64,000 nucleotides of DNA from a virus: the IMG/VR virus record IMGVR_UViG_3300043399_000509. One strand, written 5' to 3'. Below are positions 1-9,864 of the stretch, piece after piece. Positions within the stretch are counted from its first letter, which is position 1, and each line of letters starts with the position of its first letter. The notes beneath the pieces were generated by a model. That model did no database searches, was not told the DNA's origin, and saw nothing but the letters and a program-made list of their open reading frames with translations. A program made the translations under genes and the position numbers.

Positions 1-119
1 GTCTCAAAATTATTTTGATTTGATGGATTGCTGACACGAGCACAATATGAAATCAACTGTTCGGCTGTTTCCATATTACCATCTATTGGTTCACTTATTG
101 AAATAAGTTTTACACTCAT
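1..119 (-). CDS. thyX: FAD-dependent thymidylate synthase ThyX, N-terminal part (runs off window start)
   Basis: Manual translation MSVKLISISEPIDGNMETAEQLISYCARVSNPSNQNNFE matches the phage ThyX N-terminus (YCARVSNPxNQ); ATGA overlap with the upstream stop. Confidence 0.85.
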   Translation of the reverse strand, partial: MSVKLISISEPIDGNMETAEQLISYCARVSNPSNQNNFE

Positions 120-559
120 ATAATCCTCACTTTTTTTGTTCTCTCAATAGGTACACGAAAGAATAACTCCCCATGTGAAATATTCTTGTTTGATACTGAC
201 TTCTTAGGACAACCAGAGACTATTTTTCCTGATGTGAAAAGAGCGTGTGTCTTCTCAGCATTTACTACACAGAAAAATATTGGCTTATCTAATTTTAGAA
301 ACTTCTCTTTTCTTTCCTCAATATTCAGTTCTTTATACGGAAAGTTATCACCTTTCCATGCCATTTTTTGTTGAACTTCACAATAGTATTCCTGTGAGTC
401 TATCACAACAATGAGGTCTGGACCATATTTATCTTCGTTTATGGTTGCTTTTACACCTTTTTGGGCAAAGTAGTCCAAAATATTTTTTTTCACATTATCG
501 TGAATATTATATAGTTTGGAGTCAAAAGTCTTGTATTCACCAATCATATTTTCTTCCAT
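116..559 (-). CDS. Hypothetical protein, possible PD-(D/E)XK nuclease fold
   Basis: GPDL...CEVQQK resembles the PD...ExK motif; lies between primase and thyX. Confidence 0.45.
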   Translation of the reverse strand: MEENMIGEYKTFDSKLYNIHDNVKKNILDYFAQKGVKATINEDKYGPDLIVVIDSQEYYCEVQQKMAWKGDNFPYKELNIEERKEKFLKLDKPIFFCVVNAEKTHALFTSGKIVSGCPKKSVSNKNISHGELFFRVPIERTKKVRII

Positions 560-1578
560 AAATCAAACTGAACTTTTGCTTTTAGTCCTGTGAAGGTATT
601 ACTATCTATAATACATTTTATATCGGTTGGTGTCATACCTTCCAGCACCATATCGTTTATATCCTTACTTGCGATATTTTGAGGCCAGATACATAATGTC
701 CTACCCTTTGCAATCGCCTTTTGCATAAACTTTACGATATGAGGATTTCGTGGTTCATTGTCAAAAACAAACACATAGTCATGGTCACCAACTGTTGAAT
801 ATACTGAAGTTAAGTTGGCGTCCATTGTGGCGATGGTATTAGGTAGGAACATGCTGTCAATGGGACCTTCAACCACATAAACTGTTTTTGAAAGGTCAAC
901 TATATCAAGACCATATACCTTGGCTACTGAATCATCTTTCTTCAGGGTGATATACTTTATTGGAGACCCAGAGATAGTTCTGCCCTGGACTGCAATAAGA
1001 TTATTGTCTTTGTCGAAGATTGGGATGATTACTCGTTTGTCATTCTTATGAAGACTCTTATTTGACATAGACTCAGGAAATAGAGTTTTAGCAAACTCAC
1101 CAAAGTCATCTGTATAATACAGTTTCGAAAACATGTTCTTTGGAATCTTTCTCCCAAGGACATACTGTCGTGCTGGATGATCTTGTGGCAACTCCGACAA
1201 TAATGATGCAGGCAACTTATTTTCTTTGGTTATTTGTTTGGAAAATACAGGCTTCTCTTTGAGTTCTGTGAAGTCTGGTTGTGCAACATTTGCGGATGCA
1301 TTTGTTTCCATGTATGTCTCTAACTTATGTTGATTGTACAACACAACATCCACAGACTTTAGGAATGATGAAAGAGACATGGATGCACCACAGTTGTGGC
1401 ATGTATAAAAAAGATTGTCCGTTTTTCTATACAGAAAGCCTCTTGCCTTACTCTTATTTTTCTTGGAATCGTTACAGATGGGACATCTAAAGTTCCAGAG
1501 ATAATCATTTTTTTGTTTGAATCTTTCCAATCTCATGGAGACCAGAGACACAAACTTTCTATCAACAAATAAAGACAT
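544..1578 (-). CDS. 61: DNA primase (T4 gp61-like)
   Basis: NFRCPICNDS...CHNC zinc-binding domain; TOPRIM VEGPIDSMF and DNE motifs; KDINDM. Confidence 0.95.
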   Translation of the reverse strand: MSLFVDRKFVSLVSMRLERFKQKNDYLWNFRCPICNDSKKNKSKARGFLYRKTDNLFYTCHNCGASMSLSSFLKSVDVVLYNQHKLETYMETNASANVAQPDFTELKEKPVFSKQITKENKLPASLLSELPQDHPARQYVLGRKIPKNMFSKLYYTDDFGEFAKTLFPESMSNKSLHKNDKRVIIPIFDKDNNLIAVQGRTISGSPIKYITLKKDDSVAKVYGLDIVDLSKTVYVVEGPIDSMFLPNTIATMDANLTSVYSTVGDHDYVFVFDNEPRNPHIVKFMQKAIAKGRTLCIWPQNIASKDINDMVLEGMTPTDIKCIIDSNTFTGLKAKVQFDLWKKI

Positions 1579-1615
1579 AGTGCCTCACATGAATGGATTT
1601 GGGGGAAGTCCATTC

Positions 1616-1644
1616 AACATACAACAGTTAGATGGTCATGTCAA
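1616..1644 (-). promoter_or_regulatory. sigma70-type promoter upstream of primase
   Basis: TTGACA-N17-TATGTT on the minus strand. Confidence 0.6.
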
Positions 1645-1651
1645 GGGGTTG

Positions 1652-2098
1652 TTATTTCAAGAAGTTTAGTGCTTGGGCGATGAGGAACACTGCCAGAGAT
1701 ATACCACCCATGATCATATATCTCCAGGTTTCGATAACATTTATTTTTTTCCCAAGGTCTTCCTTGACCTTTTGAAGTTCTTGTAAAATTGCATTTTCAG
1801 TTCTATCAATTTTTTGATTTAGTTCCTTAATATCGGTCGTATGCTCTTTCTGTTGTCTTTCCAATATTACTTCTACTTCTTTGTTTATCTGCTCTTGTGC
1901 CTGCATCTTTTGCTCTTGAAGTGATACTATTTTTGATAATTCAGTCGCAACCACCTGAAGTTTATCAATCGTTGTATCCATTTTTTCGCAAAGTTTAGAA
2001 ATCATACCTATGTCTTTTTTCATAAGTTCAATCTCAACCTTTTGGCTATAGGCTGATACAGCATTATTATAATCTGGAAAATCATTACTGTTGGTCAT
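1652..2098 (-). CDS. Coiled-coil protein with C-terminal transmembrane helix
   Basis: Heptad-rich; hydrophobic C-terminus WRYMIMGGISLAVFLIA. Confidence 0.6.
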   Translation of the reverse strand: MTNSNDFPDYNNAVSAYSQKVEIELMKKDIGMISKLCEKMDTTIDKLQVVATELSKIVSLQEQKMQAQEQINKEVEVILERQQKEHTTDIKELNQKIDRTENAILQELQKVKEDLGKKINVIETWRYMIMGGISLAVFLIAQALNFLK

Positions 2099-2472
2099 TA
2101 GTCCCTCTTTTTACCGTATTTTGCATAGAACATATAACCAGTTTTTTCATCCTCAAAAATGATAGGAGACTTAGGATTTTTCCTAGCATATTCTCTTATT
2201 TCAGGATGTAGATCATTATCTTCAATATATTTTCGCCAATGCTTTCCTTTTAGTTTTTCATATCTGGCTTTTTCAAAAATATTTGATGGAACCTTGAATG
2301 TCTTATTTCCAGCAAATATTCCTGTTTGTAGCCGCCTCATAATCGCACTTGAATCTTTTTCATTCTGTTTCTTGTACTTGTTGTCTGCTCTTGGAAAGGC
2401 TTGTGCATCATCACCAGTTCCAGGAACAGCGGCACCTGTGACATTTGCAATCTCTTCTCTGATCTTAGTCAT
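2098..2472 (-). CDS. Conserved T4-like hypothetical protein
   Basis: ORF; likely start MTKIREE after a GAGG RBS. Confidence 0.6.
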   Translation of the reverse strand: MTKIREEIANVTGAAVPGTGDDAQAFPRADNKYKKQNEKDSSAIMRRLQTGIFAGNKTFKVPSNIFEKARYEKLKGKHWRKYIEDNDLHPEIREYARKNPKSPIIFEDEKTGYMFYAKYGKKRD

Positions 2473-2483
2473 TGTTTTACCTC

Positions 2484-2511
2484 TTGACAAGCCTTGACAA
2501 CCCTATATAAT
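2484..2511 (+). promoter_or_regulatory. Consensus sigma70 promoter in antisense orientation
   Basis: TTGACA-N16-TATAAT on the + strand, with duplicated CTTGACAA. Confidence 0.55.
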
Positions 2512-2567
2512 CGCTGTGTGGCGGTTTCAATGAATATATTTATCTGTATTGTATTTTATAGGTTTTC

Positions 2568-2954
2568 TTAGATGTCTCTAAGTCTCTTAGCTACAAACAA
2601 GTCAATACTAATGGTTGATGACAATATGTTTGTGTCGTTTATACCAAAGACTATTTTAGGCATGTAGTTAAGGAATAGTAGGAAGGTTTTTAGTATTTCA
2701 TAATCTTCTTTATCGAACTTATAGAATAACATTCTAACAGCAGCTTCTGTACCAAAGACATTAGAAAGGACAATGATATGATTTAATATCAATCGTTCTT
2801 TTAGTTCTCCTGTTGTCTTATATCTCTTGATAAGTCTTTTTATGTATTTGATTCTTTTTAGGTCTTCTTCAAACTCACTCATCACACAGTTAGGATTATC
2901 ATAACACTTTATCGCATACATAATAAAGTTATCTTCATTCAAATTATTAAACAT
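2568..2954 (-). CDS. Conserved T4-like phage hypothetical protein
   Basis: LNEDNFIMYAIKCYDNP...ERLILNHII...NVFG resembles a widespread T4-like family. Confidence 0.75.
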   Translation of the reverse strand: MFNNLNEDNFIMYAIKCYDNPNCVMSEFEEDLKRIKYIKRLIKRYKTTGELKERLILNHIIVLSNVFGTEAAVRMLFYKFDKEDYEILKTFLLFLNYMPKIVFGINDTNILSSTISIDLFVAKRLRDI

Positions 2955-2960
2955 TTATTA

Positions 2961-3167
2961 TTAAATTTCAGTTTCTTTCTTGCTTGATTCTATACATTTA
3001 AATTTTTCAATCTTCCAGTCCTCATGTTCTCTAAACCAATGAGTAAGGTTGATCATTGAACTTTGAACACATTGTTGCATAGTGACTTCTTCTTCAAACT
3101 TTACTTCAAACTCTTTACATTTAGCAGGATCGTCTATCAAACATGCCAGTATTATTAAAGATATCAT
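2961..3167 (-). CDS. Small Cys-containing hypothetical protein
   Basis: ORF with RBS; hydrophobic N-terminus, 4 Cys. Confidence 0.5.
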   Translation of the reverse strand: MISLIILACLIDDPAKCKEFEVKFEEEVTMQQCVQSSMINLTHWFREHEDWKIEKFKCIESSKKETEI

Positions 3168-3182
3168 AACACATAGTGTCTC

Positions 3183-3374
3183 CTATTTTTGTTTGTGCAT
3201 TCCCGGTAGTAGTTTGTCTGGATGATAGATTTGAGACATTTCAGCTTTACGCCTTCGTTCTCTCACATATTGTGCTGCCTTTTCGGGGTCATTCTTAACA
3301 CCAGGAAACTTATCCAGATATCTTCTTGGCATTTGATCTAGAAAATCAGTATACTGCTCTTTTATCTTATTCAA
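3183..3374 (-). CDS. Hypothetical protein
   Basis: ORF in operon. Confidence 0.45.
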   Translation of the reverse strand: MNKIKEQYTDFLDQMPRRYLDKFPGVKNDPEKAAQYVRERRRKAEMSQIYHPDKLLPGMHKQK

Positions 3375-4429
3375 GACTTTTTTTTTACATCTTCATTGAC
3401 TGTTTTTGAAGATGGTGCATTTGCCTTGGAAATCATTTCAATGTCTTTATTTGTTCTGTATGCTGATCTGGCAACTCTTTTTTTGATTCCAGCGACTTTT
3501 CTAAGTCTATCAGTAAGCACATCAACTTCCTTATCTGGAGCACCTCTTTGTGTTGCTCTCATTAAAGATGATTTAGCATCTGCAATCTTGGCTTCTCTTT
3601 TACCTTCAGCCAAGATAGACATTGCGGCTTCTTTGGCTTCTTTTAGATTTTCTTTTTTAGGGAAATACTTTTTATACTTTTTTTCTAGTTTGAGTCTTGT
3701 ATATGCATTTCCATTTTTCTTATAGTCATCAATAAGAGACCTTAGATCAGTTGCCTTTTCTTCTTCACCTTGATCTTTTAGTGTTTTATGTGTCATTTCC
3801 CATTTAGAAATAGGAGCAGGTATAAGTTTATCACCTATTTCTGGACCCATTGCTCCGGCAGCACCCATTGTCATGGCAGCAAGACCAGCAGCCATGTTTC
3901 TCATGCTGTTGTCTTTGGCTTCTTCTAACTTTTCTTCACGACGATCTTCTGCTGACTCCAGGCTTTCTTCATCGTCGCCTTCATCTGTATTGTCATTGAG
4001 TTCGTCTTCAAGATCGTTCATGATTTCATCAAGTTCATCCTGAGAAACAATCTCACAGAAAACATCAAATAGTCCTTTATCATTCATTCTATATTCAAAG
4101 TATAGAGAATATGGTGAGGTGTTTTTTGTGACAACCTCACCATTATTCTGCATACCAAACTTATTTCCAAACTGAGAAATATTGAAGGTTACCATTCCTG
4201 AATCATTTTCAAGGAATGTTGTCTTTGGGACATGAATATGAAAGTTTCCAAGAACCTTGGCAACTCTTTCCATGGCAATGTATGGTGTGACAAAGCATCT
4301 ACCAGTAACACCATGTAGTAGAGTATTGATATTATCTCTCACAGAAGAATCGTCAATATCCATACTTCCACTTCTTACATATGGAGTCAAATCTACTTCT
4401 TCTGTTGTAAAAGTCTTGAAGGTTTTCAT
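3371..4429 (-). CDS. Putative internal head protein with capsid-targeting N-terminus
   Basis: Start MKTFKTFTTEE resembles the T4 IP targeting sequence; acidic (L/I)xE linkers. Confidence 0.6.
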   Translation of the reverse strand: MKTFKTFTTEEVDLTPYVRSGSMDIDDSSVRDNINTLLHGVTGRCFVTPYIAMERVAKVLGNFHIHVPKTTFLENDSGMVTFNISQFGNKFGMQNNGEVVTKNTSPYSLYFEYRMNDKGLFDVFCEIVSQDELDEIMNDLEDELNDNTDEGDDEESLESAEDRREEKLEEAKDNSMRNMAAGLAAMTMGAAGAMGPEIGDKLIPAPISKWEMTHKTLKDQGEEEKATDLRSLIDDYKKNGNAYTRLKLEKKYKKYFPKKENLKEAKEAAMSILAEGKREAKIADAKSSLMRATQRGAPDKEVDVLTDRLRKVAGIKKRVARSAYRTNKDIEMISKANAPSSKTVNEDVKKKS

Positions 4430-4452
4430 TGTTCTATGTCCCAATCTTTATA

Positions 4453-5058
4453 TTATACGCCAGAATACCAAACGTTGTCTGCTGGATCATCACCAGTGAT
4501 TGAACCCATGGCAATGAGAGTTTCAGTCTGGATACGGCCTGCACGACCACCAAGAGTAACTGTAAATGTGGGTGCTGAAGTATTGGCACCATTTGTTGCA
4601 ACAGTGATTGCACTAACATTGGAGAATCCATCCCCACCATTTACAATGGTAAGTGTACCAATGGTATTCCAGGCAGAGTTGGTTGAAAATACTTGAAGTG
4701 TATTCTGTGAGTTGGCTGTGGTGAAGGAAATATTGACATTTGCACCCTTACCCAAAGAACTGCCATCTGTTACAATAAGGAAGCCTGAAGCATTGATACC
4801 TGTACCACCAGTTGCAGTAATGCTTGCGATTGGGCCTGTACCAACCTTTAGGCTGACCCAACCAGCATGTGTTGGATGCTGTGGAAGGCTATTTGCTCTT
4901 TCTTCTTCAGTTACAGATACACCGGCAACAACACCATAGTACTTGACAGTATTAGCTGCTGTTCCGTTGATAGTTGATTTGGATGTGGTTAGTGATGTGT
5001 TGGCAAATAGTGGTTTTTGATTACCTGTTGCATTATCTAAGTTACCCCAAAGGCTCAT
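4453..5058 (-). CDS. Putative virion structural protein
   Basis: MSLWG start, Gly/Thr/Asn-rich beta-type composition, late promoter upstream. Confidence 0.6.
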   Translation of the reverse strand: MSLWGNLDNATGNQKPLFANTSLTTSKSTINGTAANTVKYYGVVAGVSVTEEERANSLPQHPTHAGWVSLKVGTGPIASITATGGTGINASGFLIVTDGSSLGKGANVNISFTTANSQNTLQVFSTNSAWNTIGTLTIVNGGDGFSNVSAITVATNGANTSAPTFTVTLGGRAGRIQTETLIAMGSITGDDPADNVWYSGV

Positions 5059-5094
5059 TTTTCTTTACTCCTAAAATAAGTTTATGTTCGTTTA

Positions 5095-5102
5095 TATTTA
5101 TA
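5095..5102 (-). promoter_or_regulatory. T4-type late promoter
   Basis: TATAAATA. Confidence 0.7.
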
Positions 5103-5133
5103 TTCTGTAGATAATCCTAACAGATACGGCAAA

Positions 5134-5367
5134 CTACCTTGTTTGGTCTATTGTATCCAAAGAAGGGTCCATATTTAGTTCTTGATTGGCACCTTTATGA
5201 ATGTTGGTTTTATCTTCTTCTTGTGCCAACTTATTTTTTCTTTTTACCAATCTTGCTTTTCTCATACTTTGATGAGAACCATTGTATCTTTGGCCGTGAG
5301 ACTCATCTAGTTTTGCTAATGATTCACGGCCAAAAGACTTTATTGTTTCAATAAGTTTAGATGACAT
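5134..5367 (-). CDS. Hypothetical protein
   Basis: ORF in late block. Confidence 0.5.
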   Translation of the reverse strand: MSSKLIETIKSFGRESLAKLDESHGQRYNGSHQSMRKARLVKRKNKLAQEEDKTNIHKGANQELNMDPSLDTIDQTR

Positions 5368-5369
5368 GA

Positions 5370-6911
5370 TTATCCTTTTAAAAACTTATTGCGAAGGAAC
5401 TGCTCAAATGATTCTTTGATTGGCTTTGGTGATTCTGTTTCTTCACGAATACCAATGGCTCTGTTCATAATATCACCTGTTGTTTCTGGTCTTCTCACCA
5501 TTTGTCTTGACGTGGGTCTTGACATTCCTGGTCTCTGAGACATTCCTGGTCTAGTTGCTTGTCTTTGTATTGGCCTTACAGATGATGTTCCTGGTTTAGA
5601 TACTGCTCCAGGTCTTTGTACAGACTGCTGTGGTATATTTGGGGTTGTTTTTCCACCGGGTTTTGTTACTGGACCAGAAGGCTTTGATTTTCCAACATCA
5701 TATCCTTTTGGTAAAAGTGAATTTGTTTGGGATGGGGTCCCAAGAGCACCAGTTCTACCTTGTGGGGATACTGAAGGACCTTGTGGTGCAGCAGGTACTG
5801 GACGTTTTTGTTGTGCACCAGATAATGGTCCGCTCTTTGAAGTAACAGGACCGAGATTTCCAGCAGATGTTGATCCACCCTTTAGTGGTGTTACCACATT
5901 ACTTGTTCTGTTGCCTTGACCAGTTGTTAAAGGTGTTGAACTGCTTGATGAAGTTGGTGCAGTAGCAGCAGGCTTCGCTAATGGTTCAATTGAAGGTTTA
6001 TTATCTACATTTTTTAGTGGAATTGATGGAGCATCTCTAGATTTACCATAAACATTTGTTTCACCTGCTTCCATCAAACCAAGAATTTCAAGTTGTTCTT
6101 CTGTAAGCGAACCAACAAAATTAGTAAACGCAGATTCATCACCAGACTCATAAACTGCGACCAATCTTTCTTCAAGATTTGTGCGGATTTCTTCTAGGAT
6201 TGATTCAATATCTTCATTCATCTTATCTTTCTTAGATAGCCCAGCCTGACTTAGAGCAATAGCAACTGCCTGCTTTTGGCCTTTCTTGGTCATAGGAACA
6301 GTCTTTTCTGACTTACCAATATGTTCCTTACCCTGCTTCCACTTGTGCATAACCTTGGCAACCTTTTCTTTTTGTGACTCAGTTGCCTTTTCTTCTTCAA
6401 CCACACCACGGCCTTTTAGAACATCACCATGTGTGATCTTATTTGGATCACCATGAAGCTTGGCCAATGCTCTTTCCTTGGCGTTTCTTGGAGTAGAACC
6501 TTCGTCCTTGGCTTCATCCAAATCCTTTGGATATTCAATCTTCTTGCCTGTCATTCTCTTGTATGCATCTTCGTGTTCTTTCTTCTTAGCAACAAGATGA
6601 GGCATTCTTCCACCAGATTTGATTGCCTTATGAATGCGGATAGCTTCGGCTCTGTGATGCTCTGGTGTTGCAGGAGACGATTTTTTATCCTCGTCCTTTT
6701 TATTATGAGATTCTTCTTCCATGGCACATCTCTTTGTTTCCTCAAAGATGGCATCATATTCAGCATGGTATTCATGAGGTAGGGCTTTCTTGGAAACAAC
6801 TCCAAAATGCTCATTCACAGCGGTTTCTACTCTGCGTAGAATATCGTTGTGTTCCATCACATTCTTGATTGATTCAACGAGTGGGTCATTCTTATTGGTC
6901 TTTGTGAACAT
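5370..6911 (-). CDS. Putative internal head / prohead-core-like protein
   Basis: Charged modules separated by LDE/VVEE/MNE linkers; P/G/S/T-rich tail; late promoter. Confidence 0.55.
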   Translation of the reverse strand: MFTKTNKNDPLVESIKNVMEHNDILRRVETAVNEHFGVVSKKALPHEYHAEYDAIFEETKRCAMEEESHNKKDEDKKSSPATPEHHRAEAIRIHKAIKSGGRMPHLVAKKKEHEDAYKRMTGKKIEYPKDLDEAKDEGSTPRNAKERALAKLHGDPNKITHGDVLKGRGVVEEEKATESQKEKVAKVMHKWKQGKEHIGKSEKTVPMTKKGQKQAVAIALSQAGLSKKDKMNEDIESILEEIRTNLEERLVAVYESGDESAFTNFVGSLTEEQLEILGLMEAGETNVYGKSRDAPSIPLKNVDNKPSIEPLAKPAATAPTSSSSSTPLTTGQGNRTSNVVTPLKGGSTSAGNLGPVTSKSGPLSGAQQKRPVPAAPQGPSVSPQGRTGALGTPSQTNSLLPKGYDVGKSKPSGPVTKPGGKTTPNIPQQSVQRPGAVSKPGTSSVRPIQRQATRPGMSQRPGMSRPTSRQMVRRPETTGDIMNRAIGIREETESPKPIKESFEQFLRNKFLKG

Positions 6912-6960
6912 TTCTGGGTTCCTTTTATCCTTGTGATTTAGTTATAAATGGGATTTACTA

Positions 6961-6968
6961 TATTTATA
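6961..6968 (-). promoter_or_regulatory. T4-type late promoter
   Basis: TATAAATA. Confidence 0.7.
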
Positions 6969-6981
6969 TATTTATCTTTTC

Positions 6982-9822
6982 CTATTCCTCACAGTTCCAT
7001 TTCCTTAGGGATAGGGCCTTTCTGGTTGGACGGCCCTTTTCATCCTTCATTGGTCCTGGCATTCCACCCATACGTGCACAGAATGATTTACGACGTTTCC
7101 ATGACTTGCTGCCCTTCTTGAGCTTTGATGGCTTGGTGGTTACAGCAGTCTGTAGTTTAGAGCCGGGGTTTTCACGTCTATATGATTCAACGCCCTTTTT
7201 ATTTAATCCACCTTCAGGGTTTTTACCTTCTTTACGTTGCCATGCAGGAGATTCTTCACCAACAACACGACCGTCATCATCATCCTTATATCCCTGTGAT
7301 GCGACAGTTCCTTGAGCAATAAACTTGTCCATACCTTCACGAAGCTGAGTAAATGTCTTCTTTTCCTCTGCAATACCATATGTGCCAAAAGGATATACTG
7401 ACATATAGGCACCCTGAGACATTGGTGATACACCTGTTAATCCACCAATAAGAGATGGAGACTTGGCAACACCAAACTCAGGACCAATACTATCAGAGAC
7501 AGGTAATCCTACAGCACCAGAAGCAGTATCTAAAATACCATCCTCCTGGGCTAATACTTTTTTCTTCTTTACAAGCTTCATTTGTTTCTTTGATTCAGGG
7601 ACAAGTGGGTGGCGTATGATAGTTCTTCCTGGTAGAGTATCGCCAGCATCTGGAGCATTATGACCTGATACAATAAACTTTTCAAATTCTTCATTGACTG
7701 ATTTCCAGCCACCACCCTTGGACTTATACCATTTTGATGCCCAACCGTTTGCGTATGCTGATGGATATACATCAAACTTTTGCTTGGCCAAGGATTTTGC
7801 TCTTGCCCATAGTTCTGGATTGGTTGGCTTATTTTCTTCTTCAAGCTTACCCTTCCCAAAGTTGGATACATTTATTGGCTTACCCTTTCTTTCAGGATTA
7901 GGATCATTTCTTCTTTTTGAGGACACGGCGGCTGCTCTTTCTTTTTTGGTTAGCTTTGCTCTTTTTTCATTAGACATACACTTTGGTTTTGGTTCACCTT
8001 CTTCACGGGCACAAGGACCAATGGCTTCACCTTTTGCATTGATTCGCTTCCATCCACCCTCTGGATGCTTGGGATCAAACCATTTTCTAAGGTCCTCTTT
8101 TATGTTTTCTGGTCCAACAGATGTCTTGCGTATTCTAACTAACTTATCACCAACAGTTTTATGTGTTATGATTGGTGTGCCTTTTGGACCTTTCTTTCTT
8201 GGACCATGGAAACCAGAACCCCAATGCTTCAATCCAAGTGATTTGGCCTGTGCGGTCACCTCTGGAGAAACAACAGATGTGATTGTTTTCTTGGTTGGTT
8301 TTTTTGGTGCTGGTGTGCTTGTTGGTGCTGCTACTGTTGGTTTTTTTCTTGCCTTTAGCTTTTGTTCAAGGGCTGTTGCACCGATAGGATTGGATGGTTT
8401 TGATCTTGCCCATTTGCGGATTGTCTTGAATACATTAGTAAACTCACCTTTCTTGGCAAGCTTTTCTTCTTTACTAGCAGTGGAAAGATCAAGTGAGTTA
8501 TCCACATGATGAAAATTTTCATCACCAAACATTTTTTTGTAATGAGGTATTGACTTCTGGGCTTTCTTCCAATACTCTGATCTTGTCTTTTCAGGAACAG
8601 TCCGGCCACCACCTTGACCACGAGCAATATTTCTTTGTTTTGATACAGCATCTGAGGTATTGACAAATACCATTTTGGTATCATAACCCATACCTTCAAG
8701 CTTATCTTTCATCTTTTTGATTTTTTCATGATCATGGCCTGTGGTGTTTATGATGATACCATTTCTTGCATTCAGGTGTAGGTTCTGTCTTGTCTTGGTA
8801 ATACCCTTGGCCTTTTCACGGACTGATGTTCTTTTTGGTTCTTCTTCTGGGGGCATGGTCTTAGAAAGACCTTCCTTACCAAGTAAATGCTCAAAGGCAT
8901 GATCAGAGTTGATTTCGGTTAGGCCATGGCCATATCCTGTTTCTTTGGCAACATAATCCTTACCAGAACCAGGACCACCAGCATAAAACAGAGCCTTATA
9001 TCTTGCTCTGTTTGGTGCCATTTTTGTCATTTCAGCAAGATATTCTTCAACAAGAGCACCAGACTCAAACATCTTTGGATTCTTTTTTCCGTACTTACGC
9101 ATTATTACTCCTGCCTCTGCGTTTGCTTTGTTTTCGATATGACTGCCTGTCTTGCCAGATTCTTCCACATTCTTATCTGTAATCTCACCTTTTTCTTTTT
9201 GACTATGATGAACCAGTTCATGAGCCAATGTCCTTAGCACATCAATGGGATGTCTGTTCTTTGTTTGTATGACAATCTCACTTGTTGCGGGAGAGTATGC
9301 ACCAAAGCTTGAAAACTTTTCATCAGGTGATTTATATCTTACCTTGGGTAATGATTTGATGCCCAGATGATCTGATGCAAACGACACAAATGAGTCCATC
9401 ATAGGACCAAACTCTTTGTGTGTGATTTCTTCGTTCAATGCTTTGATTGTGTTTAAATATTCTTTTGACATTCGTAATAACTCTAATATTGGTAAATCGA
9501 CAATATACGCTTCGGTTGATCCATCCTTATTATGATTTGCCAACCAACGATGATGACCATCCAAAACATAATCATCATTAGACACAATAATCTTATTGCT
9601 TCTATCATCTTCATTTTGAAACATTATATTAGTGATCTTGTCGGCATCAAACTCAGATTGGGTTGACTTGAGATTATTTGTATCAACTGTTCCAGTTTTG
9701 CATTTTACGCCCTTGGTCTTCAAATAGGAAATAAATCCTTTGATGTTATCAGCAGAAAACTGAGGCATCAACTCTCGACTAAGGGTCATTCCTATTTTTG
9801 GAACAGCAATCTGATTTGTCAT
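6982..9822 (-). CDS. Multidomain protein: ParB-like, HExxH zincin, P-loop kinase (zeta-toxin-like) and basic phage modules
   Basis: VLDGHHRW; LAHELVHH; GGPGSGKD with RNIARG; C-terminal SFCARMGG...LRKWNC. Confidence 0.7.
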   Translation of the reverse strand: MTNQIAVPKIGMTLSRELMPQFSADNIKGFISYLKTKGVKCKTGTVDTNNLKSTQSEFDADKITNIMFQNEDDRSNKIIVSNDDYVLDGHHRWLANHNKDGSTEAYIVDLPILELLRMSKEYLNTIKALNEEITHKEFGPMMDSFVSFASDHLGIKSLPKVRYKSPDEKFSSFGAYSPATSEIVIQTKNRHPIDVLRTLAHELVHHSQKEKGEITDKNVEESGKTGSHIENKANAEAGVIMRKYGKKNPKMFESGALVEEYLAEMTKMAPNRARYKALFYAGGPGSGKDYVAKETGYGHGLTEINSDHAFEHLLGKEGLSKTMPPEEEPKRTSVREKAKGITKTRQNLHLNARNGIIINTTGHDHEKIKKMKDKLEGMGYDTKMVFVNTSDAVSKQRNIARGQGGGRTVPEKTRSEYWKKAQKSIPHYKKMFGDENFHHVDNSLDLSTASKEEKLAKKGEFTNVFKTIRKWARSKPSNPIGATALEQKLKARKKPTVAAPTSTPAPKKPTKKTITSVVSPEVTAQAKSLGLKHWGSGFHGPRKKGPKGTPIITHKTVGDKLVRIRKTSVGPENIKEDLRKWFDPKHPEGGWKRINAKGEAIGPCAREEGEPKPKCMSNEKRAKLTKKERAAAVSSKRRNDPNPERKGKPINVSNFGKGKLEEENKPTNPELWARAKSLAKQKFDVYPSAYANGWASKWYKSKGGGWKSVNEEFEKFIVSGHNAPDAGDTLPGRTIIRHPLVPESKKQMKLVKKKKVLAQEDGILDTASGAVGLPVSDSIGPEFGVAKSPSLIGGLTGVSPMSQGAYMSVYPFGTYGIAEEKKTFTQLREGMDKFIAQGTVASQGYKDDDDGRVVGEESPAWQRKEGKNPEGGLNKKGVESYRRENPGSKLQTAVTTKPSKLKKGSKSWKRRKSFCARMGGMPGPMKDEKGRPTRKALSLRKWNCEE

Positions 9823-9854
9823 AAAAATCCTTTAGTATGTATATACATTATTTG

Positions 9855-9862
9855 TATTTATA
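9855..9862 (-). promoter_or_regulatory. T4-type late promoter
   Basis: TATAAATA. Confidence 0.7.
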
Positions 9863-9864
9863 TA

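Noticed and set aside
7694-8509. Long + strand ORFs such as 7694-8509 and 21607-22197
   Set aside because: Antisense shadows of well-supported minus-strand genes, with no recognisable motifs.
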